A stretch of DNA of 64,000 nt from an uncultured Thermodesulfobacteriota bacterium (GCA_964605225.1 CAZSAY010000002.1:1748-65747), one strand, 5' to 3'. Numbered from the stretch's first letter, positions 36,924 through 47,452 are shown. Numbers and translations: made by a program. The notes: a model not told the origin generated them from the letters alone.

Positions 36924-39512
36924 ATGAAATTTTTCATCTGTCTGCTTTTGCAATTTTTTATATTTATGCCCGTTGTAGGTTTTGCCTCAAATGGGGGGAT
37001 AAACCCCGTTACGCAGGATAAAGAAAAAGTAAAGATTACCGATGCCCAAAAGACCGGGGTTATAAAGACCTACGGCAAACTTCCCCTGTATTTTATAGAG
37101 AACAGGGGACAGGTGGCCGGGCAGGTAAGTTTTTATGAGCGCGGCGCCGGGCACGCGACTTTCTTTACCAATAAAGGCGTGGTACTTTCCTTTACCAAGA
37201 GTGAGGGGAAAGAAGATACGGCCTCTTTTAATAAAAATATTCTTGGCCTTGAGAAGGAAAAGTCCGCAAAGGCGACCACCGAGTCCGTCTCCCTTTCTTT
37301 TGTGGGAGCCAATAAAAAAGCCAGGATAACCGCCAACGATAAAAAAACCGGCCATGTAAATTACTTTGTGGGCAACGATAAGTCAAAGTGGCGGAGCAAT
37401 ATTCCTACCTACGGGGCCGTTACATACAAGGACGTCTACAAAAATATCGATGTAAAATTCTACGGCAATAACAAGAATATCGAACATGACGTAATTGTAC
37501 GTCCCGGCGGGGATATTTCTAATGTTAAATTCAGATATGAAAGAGTGCAGGGCCTGGAAGTCACTAAGAGCGGCGACCTTGAGGTCTCGCTTACCGATGG
37601 AAAACTCGTTGAAAAAAGGCCCGTTATCTATCAGGAGATAAAGGGCCAGAGGGTGACTGTAAAAGGTGCTTACAGGATACTCAAGGGCAAAGACGGTGCC
37701 TTTACCTACGGCTTCGACGTAGCCTCATATGACAGGACAAAAGACCTCGTCATCGACCCCGTGCTTGTATATTCCACCTACTTTGGTGGTAGCGTTAATG
37801 ATTTTGCTTTTGCCATAGCCGTTGATGGATCGAGTAACGTCTATTTAACAGGGAGTACTTCTTCCGGTGACTTTCCTTTAAAGTTGCCCATACAGGGGAG
37901 CCTGGCAGGAGCTTCGGACATTTTTATAACGAAAATAAACCCTGCCGGTACGTCCCTTATCTACTCTACCTACATCGGAGGGCTTAGAGAAGAGGAAGGG
38001 AATTCTATTGCCGTTGACGCTGCAGGTAATGCATATGTAACCGGTACGACTTTGTCAGCAGACTTTCCTCTTACATTACCTTTTCAGGGAATTTTGAGCG
38101 GAAGTCAGGCGGCATTTGTAACGAAGATAAACCCTGCTGGTTCAGCTCTTGCCTACTCCACATACCTCGGGGGGAGCGGTGGTGATGTCGGTACAGGTAT
38201 AACCGTTGATGGTGTGGGCAATGCTTATGTGGCCGGATTTACCTGGTCCCCTGATTTTCCCCTCGTGAATCCGATTCAGGCGAGCTATGCCGGAGGTTTT
38301 AACGATGGCTTTGTAACAAAGATAAACCCCATAGGTTCGGCCCTTGTCTATTCGACCTATCTTGGAGGGAGCGGTAAAGATGGGGTCTCAGGCATAGCTC
38401 TTGATGGTTCGGGTAACGCTTATGTGACCGGCGGCACCAATTCAATTGATTTCCCCATGGCCTCGCCAATTCAGGCAAGTAATGCAGGATTTGATGACAT
38501 ATATATCACTAAAATAAATTCTACGGGTTCTGGCCTTCTCTATTCCACATATCTTGGCGGGAGTGCCGGTGATAGGGGCTTTGGCATAGCCGTTGACGCC
38601 CCGGGCAATGCTTATGTAACTGGAAGCACCATGTCAGCTGATTTTCCTCTGGCTACGCCTATCCAGGGAATTCTCTCAGGCGGCACTGATGCCGTCGTAA
38701 TGAAGTTAAGTTCCAACGGCGCGGCCCTTAGCTTCTCTACATATTTAGGGGGGACCGGTATCGATGATGGGTATAGTATCGCCCTTGACGCTTCGGCCAA
38801 TGTATACATTACCGGAGACACAAACTCAATAGATTTTCCCGTGGTTTCACCTGTACAGGGTATAAATGCAGGAGGTGCCCATGATATTTTTATCTCCAAA
38901 CTAAACTCATTTGGCACGATCCTGAGTTACTCCACTTATCTCGGCGGTAGTGGTGATGAGTCCCTTTTTGGCATAGCCGTTGAAAGCACAGGCGAGGTTT
39001 ATGTTACGGGATGGACGGGGTCTACCGACTTCCCCACCGTTAACCCCATACAGGGGGCCAGTGGAGGGGCATTAGATGTCTTTATCAGCAAGATTAGCGG
39101 CGCACCATTGCCTGCTCTTACGCTCACCATCACCCCCGACGCCGCATCCATCGCCCGTGGTTCCACTCTTGGCTATAACGTCACGGCTACGAACACGACA
39201 ACCACGCAAAAGTGCTTTCAATACTGGGAGGACGTGACGCTTCCAGGCGGCTCCACCTTCCCCCAAAAGGGCGCGCTCTTTGGCCCAGTTAACCTGTGCC
39301 TTAACGCCGGGGCCTCAAAGTCGGCGCACCTCACTCATGGCGTGCCCATGTCCGCGCCCGTAGGGACCTATATTTTTAATGCCTTTGTGGGCACGAACCC
39401 AACGCCCCTAACAAGCGAGGCCCACTTCAACTTCGATGTAACGGCCCTTGGCCCTGTAATACAAACACAGCAGACCTCGTGGCGTGTTTTGGAGAAGGGG
39501 TTCAAACAGTAA
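36924..39512 (+). CDS. Secreted SBBP beta-propeller repeat protein (7 repeats) with N-terminal and C-terminal accessory domains
   Basis: A signal peptide is present. Seven roughly 59-aa repeats span about 37761-39100, with core YSTYLGGSG.D.G.GIAVD..GNAYVTG.T.S.DFP...P.Q. A C-terminal roughly 140-aa beta-rich domain follows. Confidence 0.8.
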   Translation: MKFFICLLLQFFIFMPVVGFASNGGINPVTQDKEKVKITDAQKTGVIKTYGKLPLYFIENRGQVAGQVSFYERGAGHATFFTNKGVVLSFTKSEGKEDTASFNKNILGLEKEKSAKATTESVSLSFVGANKKARITANDKKTGHVNYFVGNDKSKWRSNIPTYGAVTYKDVYKNIDVKFYGNNKNIEHDVIVRPGGDISNVKFRYERVQGLEVTKSGDLEVSLTDGKLVEKRPVIYQEIKGQRVTVKGAYRILKGKDGAFTYGFDVASYDRTKDLVIDPVLVYSTYFGGSVNDFAFAIAVDGSSNVYLTGSTSSGDFPLKLPIQGSLAGASDIFITKINPAGTSLIYSTYIGGLREEEGNSIAVDAAGNAYVTGTTLSADFPLTLPFQGILSGSQAAFVTKINPAGSALAYSTYLGGSGGDVGTGITVDGVGNAYVAGFTWSPDFPLVNPIQASYAGGFNDGFVTKINPIGSALVYSTYLGGSGKDGVSGIALDGSGNAYVTGGTNSIDFPMASPIQASNAGFDDIYITKINSTGSGLLYSTYLGGSAGDRGFGIAVDAPGNAYVTGSTMSADFPLATPIQGILSGGTDAVVMKLSSNGAALSFSTYLGGTGIDDGYSIALDASANVYITGDTNSIDFPVVSPVQGINAGGAHDIFISKLNSFGTILSYSTYLGGSGDESLFGIAVESTGEVYVTGWTGSTDFPTVNPIQGASGGALDVFISKISGAPLPALTLTITPDAASIARGSTLGYNVTATNTTTTQKCFQYWEDVTLPGGSTFPQKGALFGPVNLCLNAGASKSAHLTHGVPMSAPVGTYIFNAFVGTNPTPLTSEAHFNFDVTALGPVIQTQQTSWRVLEKGFKQ

Positions 39513-39534
39513 TATGTATTATGAATACAGAATA

Positions 39535-39568
39535 GGGGCCGCTCCGGCCAGAGGCGCGGCCCTTTTTT
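39535..39568 (+). terminator. Intrinsic terminator after the SBBP gene
   Basis: GGGCCGC (39536-39542) pairs with GCGGCCC (39556-39562), followed by T6 (39563-39568). Confidence 0.75.
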
Positions 39569-39751
39569 GCGCCCTTACCGGAAAGATGGGTGAGCATCAG
39601 GGGGAGAAACCCTAAAAAATCTATTTGAATTGACAAAAAAGACTTTTGCAGGTAAGATTTAAGAAAGATGGAGAGTACTAAATCTATCCTCTGAGGCATG
39701 TTGTCAGGCCTCGGAGATTTGATGTATAATCAGGGCAGGGGGTCCAGGAAG

Positions 39752-40060
39752 ATGGAAAAAATAAGGTGTCAGCACTGCGGTCTTAATATGGACACCGATG
39801 CCCTTAAGTATGTCGTTGAAATAAGGAGCTTTGCTGACCTTGAGGGCTCTATAGGTGATGACCCTGCCGAGGAGCTTGAGGATGGCATCAATACCTTTCT
39901 TGACACAATGGATAATATGGAGCTAACGAAGGTCGAGGATATCTCCAACGATCTCATACTCATACTATGCAAAAAGTGCCGTGATAACTTTATGTCCGAT
40001 CCCTTGCAGACAGGTTTTCAAACACCACTTGGTGAAGACTTCAAGCCTATACTCCACTAA
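39752..40060 (+). CDS. Hypothetical zinc-ribbon protein (CxxC...CxxC) with acidic core
   Basis: 102 aa from ATG 39752 (AGGAAG upstream). Cys pairs are CQHC and CKKC. I recognise no family. Confidence 0.5.
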   Translation: MEKIRCQHCGLNMDTDALKYVVEIRSFADLEGSIGDDPAEELEDGINTFLDTMDNMELTKVEDISNDLILILCKKCRDNFMSDPLQTGFQTPLGEDFKPILH

Positions 40061-40146
40061 TTTCCCATTCATTACATTACTCTTCCGAAGGGGCAGGACC
40101 TGTCCCTTCTTTTTATTAAACAATTAAATGAGGATATATACCATAT

Positions 40147-40881
40147 ATGCGGTTTGCCATAATTTCAGATGTCCACGCCAATATCGAGGCCCTGGACTCT
40201 TTTTTTGAGTCTATTAAAACCAATCCCGTTGACCGGATTATATGCCTCGGAGACCTTGTGGGCTACAACGCCAACCCTAATGAGTGTATTGAGCTTATCA
40301 GGGAAAAAAAGATTCCATGCGTCATGGGCAACCATGACGCCAGGGCCGCAGGTCTTGAAGACCTCTCGGAGTTCAATCTCCTCGCCGCCGACGCCATAGA
40401 GTGGACCATAGGCGTATTGACTGAAGAAAACAGGAATTTTCTCGCGAAACTTCCGAGATACCTCCGTGTAGCCAAGAGCTTCTACGCCGTACACGGCTCC
40501 ATTAACGATACGGACCGCTATATATACGGTGCCGCTGACGCCCTCAGAAACTTCAAGCTCCTTGATAAGGTTAAAGGTCTAAGCCTTTGTTTCTTCGGCC
40601 ATACTCACGTGCCTATCTCGTACCTGGGGCACAATGATTCGGTGAGGATGAACCTTGACAATAATATTAAACTGAAAAAAGGCGCCAATTACCTCATAAA
40701 CCCCGGCGGGCTCGGTCAGAGCCGCGATAAAGACCCCCGGGGCTCATACGCCATATATGATACAGAGGCCTCGGAGGTCTCTTTTCACAGGATTGAATAC
40801 GATATTGATGCCACTGTTGCCAAAATAAAGGAGGCAGGGCTCTCGCCAAGGCTTGCCGAGAGGCTCAAGCTTGGCTGGTGA
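40147..40881 (+). CDS. Metallophosphoesterase (calcineurin-like phosphoesterase family)
   Basis: Motifs in order: ISDVHAN, GDLVGYNANP, GNHD, GHTH. Confidence 0.8.
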   Translation: MRFAIISDVHANIEALDSFFESIKTNPVDRIICLGDLVGYNANPNECIELIREKKIPCVMGNHDARAAGLEDLSEFNLLAADAIEWTIGVLTEENRNFLAKLPRYLRVAKSFYAVHGSINDTDRYIYGAADALRNFKLLDKVKGLSLCFFGHTHVPISYLGHNDSVRMNLDNNIKLKKGANYLINPGGLGQSRDKDPRGSYAIYDTEASEVSFHRIEYDIDATVAKIKEAGLSPRLAERLKLGW

Positions 40882-40921
40882 GGGGTGGAAAGGGTGTGTA
40901 GTAAAAGTTTCTAATATATAG

Positions 40922-40995
40922 AGTGTATAAATAGAAGGGCCCCTTTTTAGTGTATAAATAGAAGGGCCCCTTTTTAAAGAAGGGGCCCTTTTTTT
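40922..40995. terminator. Bidirectional terminator with a perfect 2 x 27-bp tandem duplication of its left arm
   Basis: AGTGTATAAATAGAAGGGCCCCTTTTT occurs at 40922-40948 and again at 40949-40975. AAGGGCCCCTT (40962-40972) pairs with AAGGGGCCCTT (40980-40990), followed by a T-run. Confidence 0.75.
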
Positions 40996-41085
40996 ACGGT
41001 CATGATTTGGGAAATAATTTGTAGATTACCTTTGCTTTAACCGTGGTGCAAGCTTTGGATGGCGCAAACAAGAAAGTTTGTCTAT

Positions 41086-42078
41086 TTACCCCCCGATGAG
41101 GCTCATGGTTCGGGCGCATCTCTTGAATATATTCTCGTTAATATGGTGCCCCGCCGGTTTTTCCATTACAGCGTGAAAGAGTAAGTCCTCGATGGCCTTA
41201 TCGTCAGAGCCGTCACGGAGGGCCTCTCTAAGGTCCACCTCTGTATCTGAGAACAGGCAGGCGCGGATCTTGCCGTCCGCCGTAAGGCGGAGCCTGTTGC
41301 ACTCGCCGCAAAAGTGCTGTGTAACGGGGCTGATAAAACCCAGCTCCCCGGGAGCGCCCGTTATCTTAAAGCGCCTCGCGGGACCGGCCCCCGGGCCGCG
41401 CTCTTCTATGGGCTCAAGGTGCAGGTCGGCCTCGATAATGGCCTTAATCTTATCGGCGCTAATGCATTTTTCCCTGTCCCAGCCCTCTTCCGTATTAAAG
41501 GGCATGTACTCGATAAAACGGACGTGATAGGGCCTTTTAAGTGATATACGGGCAAAATCAACTATCTCGTCATCATTAAACCCCTGTATGGCCACCATGT
41601 TTATCTTTACGGGAGTGAGCCCTACGCGCTGTGCCTCGTCAAGTCCGGCAAGTACGGCTGTGAGCTTATCGCCTCTCGTTACCTTTGTAAAACGCTCACG
41701 TTTCAGGGAATCAAGGCTTACGTTTACCCGTGTCAGCCCCGCCTCTTTAAGGGGAGCGGCAAAGTCCTTCAGGACCACGCCGTTTGTCGTTAGACTTATG
41801 TCTTTTAACCCCTTTAGCCTTGAGAGCTCTTTTATAAACCCAACAATGCCCTTTCTAACAAGGGGCTCGCCCCCTGTGACCCGTATACGTGTAACGCCGT
41901 GCTCCACTGCAAGGCGCGCCACACGCAGTATCTCTTCGTAACGGAGTATGGAGTCGGGCGGGGCGAGATCTACGCCCTCTGCGGGCATGCAGTACAGGCA
42001 CCGGAGGTTACACCTGTCCGTAACGGATATCCGCAGATACTCTATTTTTCTCTTGTGAGTGTCAATGAGCGCTCTCAT
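41086..42078 (-). CDS. moaA: GTP 3',8-cyclase (molybdenum cofactor biosynthesis protein A)
   Basis: Radical-SAM motif VTDRCNLRCLYCMP, C-terminal CGECNRLRLTADGKIRACLF, and a terminal GG. Confidence 0.95.
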   Translation of the reverse strand: MRALIDTHKRKIEYLRISVTDRCNLRCLYCMPAEGVDLAPPDSILRYEEILRVARLAVEHGVTRIRVTGGEPLVRKGIVGFIKELSRLKGLKDISLTTNGVVLKDFAAPLKEAGLTRVNVSLDSLKRERFTKVTRGDKLTAVLAGLDEAQRVGLTPVKINMVAIQGFNDDEIVDFARISLKRPYHVRFIEYMPFNTEEGWDREKCISADKIKAIIEADLHLEPIEERGPGAGPARRFKITGAPGELGFISPVTQHFCGECNRLRLTADGKIRACLFSDTEVDLREALRDGSDDKAIEDLLFHAVMEKPAGHHINENIFKRCARTMSLIGG

Positions 42079-44455
42079 CTATTTCACCTTCATCAAGGGG
42101 CAGGGTATTGATATCTCTCATGAGGAGGTCCTCATCCTCGGGTTTGGACCTTTCAGGCGTTACCTTCTTTTTTGGCGCAGTGCCTGTTTTAAAGACCTCG
42201 AATATGGGTTTAGAGGTTAAAGGAGTGGCAGGTTGCCCTGTTTCGGCGTCAATCCTTGCGAACTCTATACCCTCGGGGGCCTGAAAATCGTTTACCGGTT
42301 TGTCCTTTGTGGCGGCCTTCATGAAAGATAGCCATATGGGCAGTGCCGCCCGGGAGCCTGTCTCATGCCTGCCGAGTTTTTTCTCGCTGTCATAACCAAA
42401 CCATACGCCTGCCGTTAATTGCGGAACGTAACCCAAAAACCAGGCATCGTTAAGGCCGTTGGTGGTGCCGGTTTTACCGGCGGCGGGCCTGCCGAGGCTC
42501 CTTGCGCGCCAACCCGTGCCGTTTTCTATAACGCCTTCAAGCATCTTTGTCATGAGGTACGCCGTCTGGGGGCTGATTACCTCCGTGGCGGAAGGCGCGT
42601 TGTCTTCAATTACGATGCCGTCTTTGTCGATTATTTTAGTAATGAAGATAGGTTTGGCGCGTTTACCCTTATTGGCAAAGACAGAGTACACGGAGGTAAG
42701 GTCGTAAAGCGTTACGGCGCTTGAACCAAGGGCCAGTGAGAGGTCATGTGCCAGCGGGGTAGTAATTCCCAGTTTCCTGGCGTAGTCAATGCAATAGCCA
42801 AGGCCAATCTTCTTTAATATCTTAATTGTAACGACATTTCGCGATTTTGCAAGGGCCTTTCTTACCGTAGTGGGTCCGCCGAAGCGTTCATCATAGTTTC
42901 TGGGCCTCCACTGAACGGCGTTCTCACTGTCTTCAAATACGATGGGTGTGTCCATTATGATGGTGGCCGGGGTAAAGCCCTTGTCAAAGGCCGCTGAGTA
43001 TATTATGGGTTTAAAGGCCGAGCCGGGCTGGCGTTTGGCCTGGACGACCCTGTTGTATTGACTCGTGGAAAAATCCGCTCCTCCCACCATGGCCTTTATA
43101 TACCCCGTCTCCTGGTCCATGGCAAGTAGTGAGGCCTGTGCAAGGGGAGTCTGCTCGAGGGTAAGGGGTATGGGGCCTTTTAAGAGGGCCGTTCGAACCT
43201 TTAAAAGCAGGACGTCTCCTACATGAAAGAGCGTGCGGGGTCTCTGTACGATAGTCCCCTCGGGCGTATTCTCGGGGTTATAGAGTCTGGCCCAGCGATA
43301 ACCCCAGCGGTTCATATATCCGGTACGTCCGCCAAGGTCGAGTTCAAAACGGCCTGATTTCAGGTCTATGGCTGTTATAATGCCTTCTACGAGGTCTCCC
43401 GTCTCAAAGGGAGAACCCCTGCGTTTAGTGATAAGGGCATCAGTAAAGGCACGGACCTCTTCTTCATCTGAGATGTTCTTTATGGGTCCTCTGTAGCCGC
43501 GGCGCCGGTCAAAATCTCTTAGTCCTTTTTTTACGGCCTCATTGGCGGCTTTTTGAAGCCTTACGTTAAGGGTGGTGTATATGTTTAGCCCGCCTCTGTA
43601 TAGGACGTCATCGCCGTATTTGTTTTCAATATATCTTCTTATATGCTCCGTGAAGTAGGGCCCTACCCAGAGAGACTTTGTGATGTAGGGTTTAAGGACA
43701 ATGGTCTCGGCCTTTGCAAAGTCCGCCTCGTTATTGGAGATGAAGCGCTCCTCTACCATGCGTTGCAGGATAAACTCCTGGCGCTTTTTGGAAAGGATAA
43801 AATTTACGTAGGGAGAATACCTGCTCGGGGCCTTTGGGAGGCCGGCGATAAGGGCGGACTCGGCAAGATCAAGGTCCTGGACGTCTTTGTCAAAGTAGGT
43901 CTGCGCCGCCGCCTGAACGCCATATGAACCGTTGCCGAGATATATCTGATTGAGGTAAAGGGCGAGTATCTCGCTCTTGGAGAGGCGCTTTTCAATCCTT
44001 CGCGCAAGCATCATCTCCTTTATTTTACGCATGACCTTCTTTTCAGGGGTAAGAAAAAACCCCCGTGCCACCTGTTGCGTTATAGTAGAGGCCCCCTGCA
44101 CGATCTTCCCGGCGTGGAGGTTCTTGTAAAAGGCGCGCATTATCCCTACGTAGCTTATGCCCTCGTGCTCGTAGAACTCGGCGTCCTCGGCGGCAAGGAA
44201 TGCCTCTTTAAGATGCTCCGGTATCTTCTCAATAGGCACGATAACCCTGCGCTCGATGTAAAACTCGCCTATCATAGCTCCGTCGTCGGAATATACGCGG
44301 GTAACGAGGTTGGGCTGATAGTTAGAGAGGGCGTCAAGGTCCGGCAGTGTCTTCGAAAGATATATATAAAAGCCAATCAGGAAGAGACATAAAATACCGA
44401 TGCATATCAAGGCGTATCCTATGAGGCGCCTGAAACTTAATAAACCTTTTGTCAT
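42062..44455 (-). CDS. mrcA: Penicillin-binding protein 1A (bifunctional transglycosylase/transpeptidase)
   Basis: GT51 motifs EDAEFYEHEG, GASTITQQ and RKIKE. Transpeptidase motifs SAFKP and KTGTT. Confidence 0.9.
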   Translation of the reverse strand: MTKGLLSFRRLIGYALICIGILCLFLIGFYIYLSKTLPDLDALSNYQPNLVTRVYSDDGAMIGEFYIERRVIVPIEKIPEHLKEAFLAAEDAEFYEHEGISYVGIMRAFYKNLHAGKIVQGASTITQQVARGFFLTPEKKVMRKIKEMMLARRIEKRLSKSEILALYLNQIYLGNGSYGVQAAAQTYFDKDVQDLDLAESALIAGLPKAPSRYSPYVNFILSKKRQEFILQRMVEERFISNNEADFAKAETIVLKPYITKSLWVGPYFTEHIRRYIENKYGDDVLYRGGLNIYTTLNVRLQKAANEAVKKGLRDFDRRRGYRGPIKNISDEEEVRAFTDALITKRRGSPFETGDLVEGIITAIDLKSGRFELDLGGRTGYMNRWGYRWARLYNPENTPEGTIVQRPRTLFHVGDVLLLKVRTALLKGPIPLTLEQTPLAQASLLAMDQETGYIKAMVGGADFSTSQYNRVVQAKRQPGSAFKPIIYSAAFDKGFTPATIIMDTPIVFEDSENAVQWRPRNYDERFGGPTTVRKALAKSRNVVTIKILKKIGLGYCIDYARKLGITTPLAHDLSLALGSSAVTLYDLTSVYSVFANKGKRAKPIFITKIIDKDGIVIEDNAPSATEVISPQTAYLMTKMLEGVIENGTGWRARSLGRPAAGKTGTTNGLNDAWFLGYVPQLTAGVWFGYDSEKKLGRHETGSRAALPIWLSFMKAATKDKPVNDFQAPEGIEFARIDAETGQPATPLTSKPIFEVFKTGTAPKKKVTPERSKPEDEDLLMRDINTLPLDEGEIDESAH

Positions 44456-44664
44456 TAGAAAAATATAACAAACTCAATATGCTAAAGCAAGACATAGATA
44501 AACGTCAGCACTCAGTGCAGATGGCGCCCATTCGGCATGCCTCCGGGGGTAGAGGATACCAAGCGAAGAGCTCCTATTTTACAGGGTATTGAAAAAATGA
44601 GCAAATTACGGTAAATTATAAAGAGTAATTCTATTGCCTGCTTTTAATATTGTGAGCTTTTCCC

Positions 44665-46866
44665 ATGGTTCGATTTGAAGACATAGTGGAGATGGTAATC
44701 TCCTACAACCCCAAGGCCGATATAGAGCTGTTGAAGAAGGCGTATCTCTACTCCGCCATGGTTCACAAAGGGCAGACGCGCCTATCAGGCGAGCCCTATC
44801 TCGTACACCCCCTTGAGGTCGCTCATATACTCGCCGAGCTGAAGATGGACACGCAGTCCCTTGCCACGGGGCTTCTCCACGACACAGTTGAGGACACCTA
44901 TACTACTGTAGAAAAGATAGAGGAACGCTTTGGTTCGGAGATAGCCACCCTTGTGGATGGCGTCACAAAGATAAGCAGAATCTCTTTTGAGAATCGAGAG
45001 GACCGTGAGGCGGAAAATTACCGCAAGATGATACTTGCCATGAGCCGTGATATCCGCGTAATACTCATAAAGCTCGCCGACAGGCTTCACAACATGAGAA
45101 CCCTTTCCCACCATCTTGAGGTAAAACAGAGGCGCATCGCTGAAGAGACCCTGAATATATACGCGCCGCTGGCACATCGGCTCGGTATGGGGTGGATAAA
45201 GACGGAGCTTGAGGACCTTTCCTTCCAGTTCATTGACCCGGAAAAATACCGCTGGCTCGATGATAAGATAGCCAGGGAGCGCGAGGCATGGAACAAGTAC
45301 ACGGGAAACGCCCGTGCCATTATCGAAGAAAAACTCATTGAGCACAAAATAAAGGCAAAGGTAATGGGCAGGTTCAAGCACCTTTACAGCATTGATAGAA
45401 AGATGCGTGATCAGAACCTGGAGTTCGAGGACATTCATGATATCATCGCGCTCCGCATTATCGTAAATGATGTGAAAGAGTGCTATGGCTCCCTCGGAGT
45501 CGTTCATTCCATCTGGAAACCCGTGCCGGGAAAGTTCAAGGATTATATAGCTCTACCGAAACTTAACCTCTATCAGTCTCTTCATACCGTTGTTGTCGGT
45601 CCATATGGCGTGAGGATGGAGATACAGATAAGGACTACCGAGATGCACAGGGTTGCCGAGTACGGCATAGCCTCGCACTGGAAGTACAAGGAGGGTGTGG
45701 GAGACAATGAGGAGGAGGACTACAAGGATTATAAGAGGTTCGCCTGGTTGAGACAGCTCCTTGAGTGGCAACGCGACCTCAAGGACTCTGACGAGTTCAT
45801 GGATAGCCTCAAGGTGGGGCTTTACCCCGACGAGGTCTTTATATTTACACCCCGTGGTGAGGTAAAACAGCTTCCCATATGCGCCACGCCCGTTGATTTT
45901 GCCTATGCCATACATACGGACATAGGTAACCACTGTAGCGGGGCAAAGGTAAACGGACAGGTCGTATCCCTTAAGACAAAGCTCCATAATGGCGACGTCG
46001 TGAATATACTCACATCAACGAGCCGCCATCCGAGCTCGGATTGGCTAAATTATGTCGTCACATCAAAGGCCCGCACAAAGATACGGTACTGGATAAAGAC
46101 AGAGGAGAGGTCAAGGAGTATCTCCATGGGCAGGGATATCTGCGAGAGAGAGTTTTCCCGCCGCTCTCTTGACCTTGCGGCCCTCTGTGATTCCGGTGAG
46201 CTTGAGAAGCTTGCCCGCGAGGCCTATTCTCTTCCCGGCCTCGATAGCCTCTTTGCCGGCGTGGGTTACGGCAAGGTTCAGGTCACTGATATAATAAGCA
46301 AAATAAAGCCGGAAAAAAAGACCGTCATCCGTCAGCTACAGAAGTTCTCCTTAAAAGACGTCATCGGTCGTTTCACAGGCGGCAAAAAGCTCCAGGGAAG
46401 CCCTGTAATCGTGAGCGGTGACATGGACCTTCTTATTACCTTTGCCGAATGCTGCAGCCCCCTTCCGGGAGACAGGATAACGGGTTTTATAACTCAGGGG
46501 CAGGGCCTTGAGGTACATCTCGCCAGATGTCCGGCCCTCTTGAACGTAGACAAAGAACGCATGATCGACGTGGCCTGGGACAAGGACTCTAATATGACGA
46601 GGTCTGTGAGGATCATGGTGGTCTGCAAGGACGTAAAAGGCATGCTCGCCGATCTGACGGGCGCCATACACGCCTCTGACGCTAATATCTCCAGCGCTAA
46701 CATAAAGACAATCCCTGATAATAAATCACTCTGTACCTTCGAGGTGGAGGTCCGTGATATCAAACACCTTAAGACGATAATAGACACGCTCTCAAAGATT
46801 AACCGGGTTCAGAAGGTAAAGAGGCTAAAGGGCAAAGTGAGCTCCAAGTATGAAGGCGCCTTCTGA
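44665..46866 (+). CDS. relA: Bifunctional (p)ppGpp synthetase/hydrolase (RelA/SpoT homologue)
   Basis: HD domain (HPLEVA...HDTVEDT), synthetase core (YQSLHT), TGS and C-terminal ACT domains. 733 aa. Confidence 0.9.
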   Translation: MVRFEDIVEMVISYNPKADIELLKKAYLYSAMVHKGQTRLSGEPYLVHPLEVAHILAELKMDTQSLATGLLHDTVEDTYTTVEKIEERFGSEIATLVDGVTKISRISFENREDREAENYRKMILAMSRDIRVILIKLADRLHNMRTLSHHLEVKQRRIAEETLNIYAPLAHRLGMGWIKTELEDLSFQFIDPEKYRWLDDKIAREREAWNKYTGNARAIIEEKLIEHKIKAKVMGRFKHLYSIDRKMRDQNLEFEDIHDIIALRIIVNDVKECYGSLGVVHSIWKPVPGKFKDYIALPKLNLYQSLHTVVVGPYGVRMEIQIRTTEMHRVAEYGIASHWKYKEGVGDNEEEDYKDYKRFAWLRQLLEWQRDLKDSDEFMDSLKVGLYPDEVFIFTPRGEVKQLPICATPVDFAYAIHTDIGNHCSGAKVNGQVVSLKTKLHNGDVVNILTSTSRHPSSDWLNYVVTSKARTKIRYWIKTEERSRSISMGRDICEREFSRRSLDLAALCDSGELEKLAREAYSLPGLDSLFAGVGYGKVQVTDIISKIKPEKKTVIRQLQKFSLKDVIGRFTGGKKLQGSPVIVSGDMDLLITFAECCSPLPGDRITGFITQGQGLEVHLARCPALLNVDKERMIDVAWDKDSNMTRSVRIMVVCKDVKGMLADLTGAIHASDANISSANIKTIPDNKSLCTFEVEVRDIKHLKTIIDTLSKINRVQKVKRLKGKVSSKYEGAF

Positions 46867-46988
46867 TATTGGATTAATCAACGTAGTCTTTGTAGTCTTT
46901 TAAATAAATAAAACTCTACCCCCGGGGCTGTATATAGAAGGCCTCTTTGGGGTTGGCAGTGCTAAGAAGAGCAAGGGAAACTGGAAAA

Positions 46989-47369
46989 ATGATAAAAGAG
47001 ATAAAGACAAAAAAGGCCCCCGAGGCCATAGGGCCATACTCACAGGCGGTAAGGGCAGGGGGTTTTTTATTTATCTCCGGGGCCATACCTCTTTTACCGG
47101 ATTCCGGCGAGATTGTCGGTGGGGGCATAAGCGCACAGACAAGGTGTGTATTAAGTAATTTAGAGGCAGTGCTTGAAGGGGCCGGGCTTGGCCCTGGAGA
47201 CGTGGTGAAGACAACGGTATATCTAAGCGATATGGCCATGTTTACCGGTATGAACGAGGTCTATGGCGAGTTCTTCAGCCCCCCTTATCCGGCAAGGGCT
47301 ACCGTAGAGGTGGCGAGGCTCCCAAAGGACGTCCTTCTTGAGATAGAGGCAGTGGCCCTGGCTGATTAA
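46989..47369 (+). CDS. ridA: RidA family reactive-intermediate deaminase
   Basis: [12 protein letters not shown]...[24 protein letters not shown] chose ATG 46989. Confidence 0.9.
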   Translation: MIKEIKTKKAPEAIGPYSQAVRAGGFLFISGAIPLLPDSGEIVGGGISAQTRCVLSNLEAVLEGAGLGPGDVVKTTVYLSDMAMFTGMNEVYGEFFSPPYPARATVEVARLPKDVLLEIEAVALAD

Positions 47370-47452
47370 CAGGCGATGGTGAAAAAGTGGTCCCATAAAC
47401 AAAACCGCCGGCCCGGGAGGGCAGGCGGCATAAAAAATATAGTCCTACAGGC

